A DNA stretch of 64,000 nt. It comes from an uncultured delta proteobacterium. GTDB taxonomy: Bacteria > Myxococcota > Myxococcia > Myxococcales > Myxococcaceae. The stretch is from NCBI GenBank assembly GCA_963771175.1, contig CAVYSY010000036.1, positions 32,001-96,000 on the forward strand, written 5' to 3'. This document shows, piece after piece, positions 44,612 to 53,365 of the stretch. The position numbers and the translations under genes were made by a program. The notes under the pieces are model-generated. The model ran no database searches. It saw only the letters and a list, made by a program, of their open reading frames with translations, and was not told where the DNA came from. How positions within the stretch are numbered: the first letter of the stretch is position 1; each line of letters opens with the position of its first letter.

Positions 44612-46778
44612 TCAGGGATGCGCGATGACGATGAGCGTTGACGCCCGAGCTTCGACGCACGTCATCACCTTGCGCATGGTCACGGGGTCCAGCGCACCGA
44701 ACGCCTCGTCGAGCACCACGACACTGGCCCGCTGCAGCAGCGCCCGGGCCACGAAGACACGGCTCTGCTCCCCATGCGAGAGCTGCCACCCGCTCTCCCC
44801 GACCAGTTGCATCAATCCCGAGGGCATCCGGGCCAGCAGCTCCCCCAGCCCCAGCTCCTCACAGAGCGCTCGGGCGTTTTGCAGATCCTCCTGCGAGGGA
44901 GGCCAGGCGCGGCCCAACAGCAGGTTCATGGCCAGCGTGCCGGACACCACGTGGTTCTCGTGGAACTGAGGAGCACTGGCGATCTGCGCGCCCCACCCGT
45001 GCGACGTCCAGGTCGCCATGTCCAGGCCTCCCAGCAACAACAGCCCCGAGCCCTGGCCCCTCAACCCCGTCAGGATGGAGGCGAACGTCGACTTGCCCGA
45101 GCCAGAGGGCCCCTCGAGCAGCACGCGCTCTCCCGAGCGAACCACCAGAGAGGCCCGCTCGAGCACCGCCCGTGGCGCCCCCGCGTGCTTGAAGACCAGA
45201 TCGCGCACCTCGAGCAGGGCCTGGGCCTTCGGGGGCGCCGCGCCTGGGGAGAGAGGAGAGGCGCGGGTCACCCTGCCCTTCTCGCTCTCACGGGCCGCCT
45301 CTCCCGAGGCGTTGGAGCGCTTCGCGGCATCCAGGATGGGACGCACGCTGTGAAACAACACGCGCGCGCCGCTGAGGGCCAGGGCTCCGGTGGTCAGCGC
45401 CGCCAGCGCGCGCGTCGCCATGAGCGCGGCCCCCACTCCCACGGCGATCCTCGCGGTCGAGGCTCCCGCGAGCACGCCTGGGAGCGTCGCGAGGATCGCC
45501 ACCGGGAGGAGTCCCCGCCTGGAGAGCGCCACCACCCGCGCCGTCGCCGCGTCCCACTGCTCGGAGGCCTCGGCATAGTGGGCCAGCTCATGGTCCTCCT
45601 CCTCGTGCCAGCGCGCCGGCAGCTCCTGCGCGAGCCGCGTCCGGTGGCCGAGCATCCGCTCGATGAGCGCATGCGTCATGACGACCCGCGCCTCCGTCCA
45701 CCTGCGGAAGCGTGAGCGACTGGCGCGCGATCAGCACCGCCAGCAAGCAGCAGAAGCCCCCCAGCACCAGCAGCCCGAGCCAGCCCGCGGGGCCGGTCAC
45801 CATCACGCTCGCCGCCAGCACCAGATCGATCGCCGCCAGGAGGCTGGTGAAGCTGCCCACCAGCGCCATCTGCTCCATCCCCGCGCTCTCGAAAGTCCTC
45901 CCGACGTACTCGCCAATTCCACCGCGGCGCGCCTCGTCCACGGGCAGCGCGAGCGCCCCCGCCAGCAGGTCGCCTGCGCAGCAGCGCGGAGAGGTCCATC
46001 GCCAGGGACCCCTGCGACCAGGCCAGCGCCGCCTGGAGCGGCACCATCGTCAACCCCATGAGGGCCCAGGCCCAGAGCCACCCATGGTCGAGCTGCCCAT
46101 TGAACGCGCCCCGTCCAATCAACCACCAACCGGCGAGCAGGCACACCTGGACGACCACCGCCAGCAGCAAGAGCAGGACCAGCCGCCGTCCGGCCCGCAG
46201 CGACCGCAGGTGATGGACCAGACGGGCTCCAGGTGGCAGCCGGAGCGTGCGCGCGGCGATGAGGTGGGTATTGGCGAGCTGGGCTCCCAGCAACGCCCGC
46301 CGGGCCAGGGTCCGCTGGGGTGCCGGCAGTCCCGCTCGCTCCAGGACGCGATCGGCCACGGGCCCCTGTTGCGCCCTCGACGATCGCCTGCACGGCGGCG
46401 GTCAGCAGGGAGAAGGGAACCTCGTGCGGCGTCTCATCCGGGGCGATGAGGTCCGCGGCTCTCCCCCGAGGGGGACACGCGAAGCAGTGCGAGCACCCTA
46501 CGCCCCTGGGTGCTCGGCACATCCACGAGGGCCGGGGCCGCGCGGCCCAGGGCACGTTCCACTTCGCCGTGGCGCGTGTAGAGCAACTCCAACTCGAGCC
46601 CCAGCGCATGGGCCGAGGCGTCCAGCCACGCCCCCACGCGGCTCGGGTCCTCGGGTACCGCGCGCGAGAGGACCGGGAGCGGATTGGGGAGCGGCAACCG
46701 CGCCGCACGCGCCAGCGCCTCCAGGGCTTCGCCCGCTCGCGCGAACGGCCAGGACACTGCGTCCAGCTCACCCGACAT
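44612..46778 (-). CDS. ABC exporter subunit with degenerate peptidase-like N-terminus (frameshifts)
   Basis: Stitched from several ORFs starting MSGELDAVSWP; TM region; GPSGSGKST, LSHGEQSR, VVLDEAF, IAH. Confidence 0.82.
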
Positions 46779-49474
46779 GAGCCACCCCCTCCTCCTCCTC
46801 CTCGTGTCGCTCGGAGAGCACGCCCTGCTCCAGGACCAGCCGCCTCCACCCCTCCCGCCTGGACAGCTCCCCCCGCATCGACGCCTCCTCATCCAGCAGT
46901 GCGCGGTAGTGGGAGTCCTCGCACGCCGCGAGCGCCTGGGGAGCCCCGTCCTCGACCAGCCTCCCGTCCTTGATGACCAGGACGCGGTCGAACGAGAGCG
47001 TCTCGGCGATGTCATGCATGATGCAGAGCAGCGTGGTCCCCTCGAATCCCTGTCGTGCCCGCTCCAACAGCGCCGTGCGACGGTCTCGCTCGAGTCCCCG
47101 GAACGGCTCGTCGAAGATGGCCAGCCGCACCCCTGGCCGGAGCAACGCCCGGCCCAGGCGCACCCGCTGCCCCTCACCGCCCGACAACAGACTGCCCCCC
47201 TCGCCCAGCCGGGTCTCGAGCCCCTGGGGCAGCTTGTCGAGCAACTCGATGAGGTCGGCCCTGTGCAGCACCTGGCCCACCCGGGGCAGCACCTCGGCCT
47301 CGTCGGCGCCATAGGCGAGGTTGTCCACCAGGGACTTGTTCCAGAGCGTCACCTCGGGCTCCAACCACGCCGTCTCCCGCCTCAGCCGCCACAGGGCCGC
47401 CCCCTCCAGCGGCTCGCCATCCACCTCGACGCGGCCCGCGGCCGCCGGTGCCAGCCCAGGAGGACTGCCCACCAGTGACGATTTCCCAGCGCCCGAGGGG
47501 CCCACGATGGCGACGTGCTCCCCGGGTTGAACCGAGACATCAATCCCTTGCAGGAGGGTGTGGCCCCCGGCCTTCACCTCCACCTGACGCAGCGAGAACC
47601 CAACCCCCCGAGCCCCTTCCACCGGTCGCTCCGTCTGTCCTGGGGTGGCCAGCGCGACGCTCGTGGACACCTCGTCCGGAGCGAGCAGTGGCTCCATCAA
47701 TCGGCCAGTGAACGACGAGGCGGCGGGGTACTGGCGCAACGCCTCGGCGATCTGCTTGCCCAGCGTCGGCACGGCGAGCGCCCAGTAGACGAGCAGCAGG
47801 ACAGCCCCGGGTTGTACCCCCTTCGAGAGGGCGTGCAGGACAATGACAACCGAGCCCCCGGTGGCGGCGAGGGAGGCGAGCGTGTCCGCCGTGGTGCTGC
47901 GGCGCAGCAACGTGCGGGCCGCGGAGATGAACTCGTGCAGCGGCTCCTCATGAGCCCGGCGGAGCGTCAGCTCGGCATGGTGCGCCCGCAGCGCCACGGC
48001 CCCGCGCAAGGCGTCGAGGTAGAAGCGCGAGAGCACCCCGTCGAAGTCCCGCATCCGGCGATCGGCTTCGAGCAACGAGCGCTGCGCGACGAGGGGGATG
48101 CCGAGCGCCAGCCCACCCGCCAGGAAGATCAAGGGGGCGCTTCGCGGAGCCAACCACGTCAGCCCCACGAGCGTCACGAACAGCTCGGCGGCGGCGCGCA
48201 GCACCAGGGCCGCGAGGTTGGGCACGTTGCGCACCATGTGGATGCCATGGCAGCGCTGGGCCATGTCCGAGATGAGCCGGCTGCGGAAATAGCTGTCACC
48301 CAGGCGTGGGATTTTGTCGAGGAACGCGAGCCGGAGGCGGAGTTCCAACCGCCGTCCCAGGCGGAGCGTCCCGAGAGAGAGAGGCAGCTCGATCGCGAAC
48401 AGCACGCCCATCAGGACGAGCAGCGTCACGACGCCGGCGATCCGCTGTTCGGTGGTCGTGAGATAACGACCCGCGTCGATGACCCCGCGCAGGAGCAGCG
48501 CCTCCAGGAAGCCGCCCACCGCCGCGGTCACCCCCATGGCGGCGAGCACCCTCGGCGTGAGCACCCCGTCCCGGCGCATCAAGGCCACGAGCTCACGCAG
48601 GGGGCGGGTGGGCGCCTCCTTCAAGACGGCCTCGAGCCCCGGAGACAGCGGGGGTTCATCCTCCCCGTGCTCGCCGCGCAGCCCCTTCGCCCGGATGCAG
48701 ACGACGCCGCGCAAGGTGATCTCCTCGGCGTCCGGCCCTCCCACCGCCGTCCAATAGGCGGGGGGAATGAGCTCCTCGGCGCGACCCTCGTCCAGGGCCG
48801 TGCGCACCTCGAGCAGGAGCTGCTCGACGAACGCCGCCGCCGTCTCGCCAGGCTGGAGGCCGTCACCCTCCACGAGCGTCTGCACCAACCGCACCGTCGC
48901 ATCCAGGCAGGCCAGGCCCTTCCAGGTGGAATCCCCGAGCGCCTCGGCGACGAGTCGCTCCGACAACGGCCCCTCGACGAGCTCGGACAGCCTGCGACGC
49001 AGACCCACGAGGAACTCCTCCGTGCCGGCCCACTCCCGGAACCCCTCGGCGGACACGGGCATCGCGTGCACGAAGCACCGGTCGAGCAGCTCGGCGGCGG
49101 ACACCCACCGCCGCCCCAGCGCCGGATCCATGATCTGGACGCGGTTGCCCCACTTCTTCCAGAGCACCACGAAGTGCAGGTTGCCGTCCGCGAGCCTCAC
49201 CACCACGATGGCCGGCAGCGCCCCGGTCTCCTCGAGGAGCAGGTGATCGCGCGGGAGCATGCCCTGCTCCGCATCCAGCCCGAGGCTGACGGCCAGCTCC
49301 TCGAGCACATCCATGGACGTGCCGTCGACGTCGGTCTGGCAGAGCTCTCGGAGCCGTCCATAGCTGACCGGCACGCCGGAAGCCGCCGAGCAGGGCCTTG
49401 AGGGCCGCCGGACCGCAGTCCATGGCCGACGTCTGGATGACTTCTGGAACGAAAAGACGTGGTGCACCCGCCAT
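46768..49474 (-). CDS. Peptidase-containing ABC transporter (C39 + TMD + NBD; frameshift near 49380)
   Basis: QTSAMDCG (catalytic Cys), HFVVL (His), IMDPALG (Asp); GPSGAGKSS, LSGGEGQR, IFDEPF. Confidence 0.9.
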
Positions 49475-49477
49475 GGC

Positions 49478-50674
49478 TCAGCTCCCCCCCTTCGGCGACT
49501 CCGTCCCGCCCTCTACCCGCAGGACCCTGGGTTGCTCCCGTGCCGGACGGTCGAGCCCCCGACCCAAGGTGCGAAGCACGAGCTGCGACGGCGTGGCCTT
49601 CCCCACCGCGACGTCCACGAGGCCAGGCAACCCATGCTCGAGCGGAATGCCCGGCGGCAGCTCATCCACCGAGAGCTCGACTCGCACCAGGCCATCGCGA
49701 GGCTCACTCGCCACCGCCACCACCGTGGCCTCCAGCATCCCGAACTCCGCCCAGGAGAAGCCCTCCAACCGCATGCGAGCCCGCTGACCCTCGCGGATAC
49801 GCCCCAGGGCCTCCGGGGAGAACTGCGCGACGACGCGCACGGGTCCACCGGCGACGATGGTCGCGATGGGGTCACCGGCCTTGAGCTGCGCGCCCACGCG
49901 TACGGAGCTCGTCTCGCCGAGGACGCCATCCGCCGGCGCTCGAATGATACGGCGCTCCAGCTCCTCGCGCAGGCGCTCCACGTTGGCGCGCGCGACGCTC
50001 TCGTCCGACTCGAGCCGGGCAATCTCTCCCTGCAGCGCGGCGAGGCGGGTGCGCCGATCGGTGGACTGAATGCCACCTTCCGCTCTCACCCGCGCCAGCG
50101 TGGCCCGCGCGGCCTGCTCCGCGGCCAGGGACCGCTCCAGCTCCGTATGGGACCTGCTCCACTCCATCTCGCTCAACACGCCCCGCTTCCAGAGCCGCTC
50201 GGTGGTGGACTCCTCCTCCTTGGCCCGCCGCGCGACCGCCTCGGCATCGATGAGCCGGGCCCGCGCCTCCTCCACGCCCGCGATCCCCTGCCCTTTTTGC
50301 TCCACCAGGCCATGCTGCTCGGCCTCGAGCTCCGCGCGCGCCGCCTCGAGCTGAGGCCCCAGTCCTTGAAGCACGGCCTCCGCCTCCGCTACCCGGCGCT
50401 CCTCCTGCACATGCTCCAGCTCGACGAGCACATCTCCCGCATGCACGGGGCGGTGAAGCTCCACCTGCGTCTTCACCACCCGTCCCGCCACGGGTGCATC
50501 AATGGCGTACACCTCGCCATGGAGCTCCAGACGCGCCTGCGCGCTGCGCTCGTAGACGATGATGCGCGCCTGGAGGAACCAGCCCCCCCAGATCGCGAGC
50601 AGCCCCACCGGTATCAGCCAGAGCGCCGGCCGCCCGCGCCCGCGCACCAGGGCGCGCCAGGTGCGTGGAAACAT
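49478..50674 (-). CDS. HlyD-family membrane fusion protein
   Basis: TM anchor, IDAPVAGRV, coiled coil, IRAPADG; start could be TTG 50701. Confidence 0.9.
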   Translation of the reverse strand: MFPRTWRALVRGRGRPALWLIPVGLLAIWGGWFLQARIIVYERSAQARLELHGEVYAIDAPVAGRVVKTQVELHRPVHAGDVLVELEHVQEERRVAEAEAVLQGLGPQLEAARAELEAEQHGLVEQKGQGIAGVEEARARLIDAEAVARRAKEEESTTERLWKRGVLSEMEWSRSHTELERSLAAEQAARATLARVRAEGGIQSTDRRTRLAALQGEIARLESDESVARANVERLREELERRIIRAPADGVLGETSSVRVGAQLKAGDPIATIVAGGPVRVVAQFSPEALGRIREGQRARMRLEGFSWAEFGMLEATVVAVASEPRDGLVRVELSVDELPPGIPLEHGLPGLVDVAVGKATPSQLVLRTLGRGLDRPAREQPRVLRVEGGTESPKGGS

Positions 50675-50900
50675 GCCTTCGACCTTCAAGTGGCTGGCCA
50701 AATCGCCCCCCGTCTCGACCGTGCCGTCCTGCGGATGGAGGGGGCCCGTTGGCTTTGTCAGGGAGAGTGACGCTCCGAGGGAGCGGCCTGCTCGTCCTCC
50801 AGGCAGGCGTCTCGCCCAGGCATTCCGGAGGTGCCTCGCGTCACAAGAACCACCCCCCTGCTCAGACCGTACGCGAATCACACCTGTCTGGAGCTCTCGC

Positions 50901-52712
50901 ATGAGTCAGAACGCTGTATCGGTTGATCCCCACGAGACGCTGTACCTGCCCCTGCGGCGTCGCTTCATGAGCGAGTACGTGACCACGCCCGAGGGCACCC
51001 GGGAGCTGCGCATCTTCTACGGCCTCAAGGAGATCACGATCGATGAGCCGGACCTGCTCTCCTTCGGAGAGAACCTGCTCAAGCAGGACGAGTTCATGGC
51101 GGGCAGCGCCACCCTATGGAGCGAGGGTGAGCCCTACCCCTGGGAGCGCGTGAGGGAGCTGCTCGAGGCGCTGCTGGACGAGGAGATTCTCTCGCGCGAG
51201 GCCCCGAAGCCCGCGCCTTCGGAGAGTGACGTTCATCGAAGCTGGATGGAGGCCGAGGCCCGGCGGGTCGCGCCCACCGAGCCCCTGTGGTGGAACCCGG
51301 ACTGTCCCCGGGTCATGGAGCGGTTGGTGGGGCGGCCGCTGGAGTTGGGCTTCCTCGAAGCGGTGATTCCGGTGCATCGCGTCGCCCACCCGGCGCTCGA
51401 CGCGGAGGGGCGCCATATCGGGGAGAGCAACGTCTTCCCCGACGCCATGCGAATGAAGCTTCCGACGGATTGGCGACCGTGCCCCTACCCGGGCAGCCGC
51501 TATCGGGACGAGGCGATGATGAACGTGACGGCGCTCAAGTCGATGACACGGCACTGGAAGTCCGTGTTGCAGGGGGTGCTCGCGGTGCGAGAGGAGTTCC
51601 TGCGCCACCATCCCCTGCTCCCGGACGGGCGCTGGCGGCTGGGGGATCTTCACGCCCTGTGCTGCGCCGTGCTGGCTCTACCAACCCTGCGGTTGATGCG
51701 CGCGAACGCGCCCGTGCCCAATGGCGAGCTGGATCCCGTGCTCTCCTCCATGTTCCGGGTGACGGACGGCGTGCGGATGGTGACGGCCTACATGCTCTTC
51801 CTCCCGGAGCTGCCGATGCCGTACGACACGCCCATGACGGCGGCCGAGCTGCTCCGCTTCACCGAGCAGGACAATCACTTCCTGTCGACGCGGGGCGTCT
51901 GCGCCGGTCCCCCGCACATGGTGGAGGAGTTCCTCGCGACGCTGATGGATGGCAAGCCCGTGGCGGGCGTGCCCAGGCCCGCGGAGGAGTGGGACGACGA
52001 AATCCCCACGGCGATGGATTACGGGATGCGGGGACTCCAGCTCTATTGCCTCCAGTTCAACCTGTGGAGCCACATGTGCCGCGCCTACGAGTCGATCCGC
52101 GCGGCGCTGCTCGACGTGGAGGATGAGCCGGGTGGAATCTGGAGCCGGATGCGCGCGCGTGTCGAACGCGATTGGGCGATGATCCTGCCCACGCGACTGC
52201 ACACCTCCACCCAGCGAGATTGGGCAGAGGCCCGCTACATCGAGATGTTCGATCAGGCCCAGCGCGGCCTGAAGGGCTTCCGGGAGGACGCGCTGCTTCG
52301 CTTGCAGGACGTGTTCACCCCCGCGAGGGACGAAATGGATGGGAAGACCCGCCGGCAACTCCGACAGATGCTCCGCTCGCTCGCGGGCTCGCCCCCGGGG
52401 GCCCGGAGAGACGCCCTCGACACCATCGCGGACGCCGCGGCGGAGTTCCTGGCCCTCGAGCGCTCAACGCTTCGCGCCCTGGAAGGTGTTCAGCGCCAGG
52501 TCAATGCGTTGCTCCAGCGCCCCCATCCAGCGCGAAAGTTCTCCAGCGCGGATCTCTCGCTGCATCTCCGCCTGCGCCAGGGCACCATCGGCGTGCTGCC
52601 CTACCTGCTGGATGTATTCCGGGATGAGCTGGGCATCGTCGTCGAGAATACGGAGGACGACACCCGCTGCGATCTGGTCAGCTCGCCCTACCAGCAGGTA
52701 GCCCAGATGTGA
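50901..52712 (+). CDS. 603-aa hypothetical protein, candidate RiPP maturase (RRE-like N-terminus, unknown catalytic domain)
   Basis: Intact ORF from ATG 50901 with GGAG RBS, between the exporter and the precursors. CDS is well supported; the function is inference. Confidence 0.85.
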   Translation: MSQNAVSVDPHETLYLPLRRRFMSEYVTTPEGTRELRIFYGLKEITIDEPDLLSFGENLLKQDEFMAGSATLWSEGEPYPWERVRELLEALLDEEILSREAPKPAPSESDVHRSWMEAEARRVAPTEPLWWNPDCPRVMERLVGRPLELGFLEAVIPVHRVAHPALDAEGRHIGESNVFPDAMRMKLPTDWRPCPYPGSRYRDEAMMNVTALKSMTRHWKSVLQGVLAVREEFLRHHPLLPDGRWRLGDLHALCCAVLALPTLRLMRANAPVPNGELDPVLSSMFRVTDGVRMVTAYMLFLPELPMPYDTPMTAAELLRFTEQDNHFLSTRGVCAGPPHMVEEFLATLMDGKPVAGVPRPAEEWDDEIPTAMDYGMRGLQLYCLQFNLWSHMCRAYESIRAALLDVEDEPGGIWSRMRARVERDWAMILPTRLHTSTQRDWAEARYIEMFDQAQRGLKGFREDALLRLQDVFTPARDEMDGKTRRQLRQMLRSLAGSPPGARRDALDTIADAAAEFLALERSTLRALEGVQRQVNALLQRPHPARKFSSADLSLHLRLRQGTIGVLPYLLDVFRDELGIVVENTEDDTRCDLVSSPYQQVAQM

Positions 52713-52786
52713 TTCGAATGAGAATCACAAGGAGTTCGTCCCTCGCTCCTCCTGTGTGAGGTGTCTCAGAAAGGAGGAGTAAACAC

Positions 52787-52897
52787 ATGAAGATCAAGAC
52801 GAAGATTCGGGGTGGTGCGCGCACGTGCTTCGGTGGCATCTTCGGACCCATCGTCGTTCGCCCCCCAGTCCTCCGACCGCCCATCTCCCTCGCGTAG
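52787..52897 (+). CDS. Putative RiPP precursor A1: MKIKTKIRGG-ARTCFGGIFGPIVVRPPVLRPPISLA
   Basis: Manual translation; strong RBS AAGGAGGAG; double-Gly leader shared with A2 and A3. Confidence 0.85.
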   Translation: MKIKTKIRGGARTCFGGIFGPIVVRPPVLRPPISLA

Positions 52898-52931
52898 AAG
52901 AATCCAGGGAGAAGGATCCGCGTTTGATTCA

Positions 52932-52967
52932 AGTCGCCAGTGGGCGGAGCATCGCCTGCTGGCGACT
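52932..52967 (+). terminator. GC-rich stem-loop after precursor A1 (copy 1)
   Basis: AGTCGCCAGTGGGCG-GAGCAT-CGCCTGCTGGCGACT, with only a weak T-tract. Confidence 0.6.
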
Positions 52968-53093
52968 GTGTCTTGCGGGGTACGGCTCGTCGTCCCACAC
53001 GGGCCTTTTGAAAACAACTCAGACAAAAATCACAAGCGCCACGCCCCATGCTCAATCCGTACGTAGCGCGTAGCGCTCAGGAGGAGCAAACAC

Positions 53094-53162
53094 ATGAAGG
53101 TCAAGACCAAGGTTCGTGGTGGTGCTCGGATGTGCAGCGGCGGCAGCGGCACTTTCTTCTAG
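53094..53162 (+). CDS. Putative RiPP precursor A2: MKVKTKVRGG-ARMCSGGSGTFF
   Basis: Manual translation; RBS AGGAGGAG-CAAACAC-ATG. Confidence 0.85.
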   Translation: MKVKTKVRGGARMCSGGSGTFF

Positions 53163-53212
53163 CCGCAGAAGTACCCGATGGATTCGCACTCTCACTCAGG
53201 AGGAGCAAACAC

Positions 53213-53278
53213 ATGAAGATCAAGACCAAGATTCGGGGCGGAGCTCGCTCGTGTAGCGGCGGCGGCACCTTCTTCTAG
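53213..53278 (+). CDS. Putative RiPP precursor A3: MKIKTKIRGG-ARSCSGGGTFF
   Basis: Manual translation; same RBS context as A2; forms the C-terminus of track ORF 53048..53278. Confidence 0.85.
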   Translation: MKIKTKIRGGARSCSGGGTFF

Positions 53279-53302
53279 CAGCAGAAGTACCCGTTGAATT
53301 CC

Positions 53303-53344
53303 AGTCGCCAGTGGGCGGAACATCGCCCGCTGGCGACTCTTTTT
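53303..53344 (+). terminator. Rho-independent terminator after precursor A3 (copy 2 of the stem-loop)
   Basis: AGTCGCCAGTGGGCG-GAACAT-CGCCCGCTGGCGACT followed by CTTTTT. Confidence 0.75.
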
Positions 53345-53365
53345 CGTGGGAGGGTCTGGAGGGGA

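Noticed and set aside
50901..52712. Assigning the maturase to radical SAM, YcaO, LanM/LanC or P450 families
   Set aside because: None of their diagnostic motifs (CxxxCxxC, C-terminal PxPxP, LanC zinc-ligand pattern, FxxGxxxCxG) is visible.
53048..53278. 76-aa ORF from the track taken as a single precursor
   Set aside because: The strong RBS precedes ATG 53213; the upstream part overlaps precursor A2 in another frame.
52771..53340. Repeated units interpreted as a CRISPR array
   Set aside because: The repeats are RBS and leader-coding sequence, imperfect and irregularly spaced; no cas genes are present.
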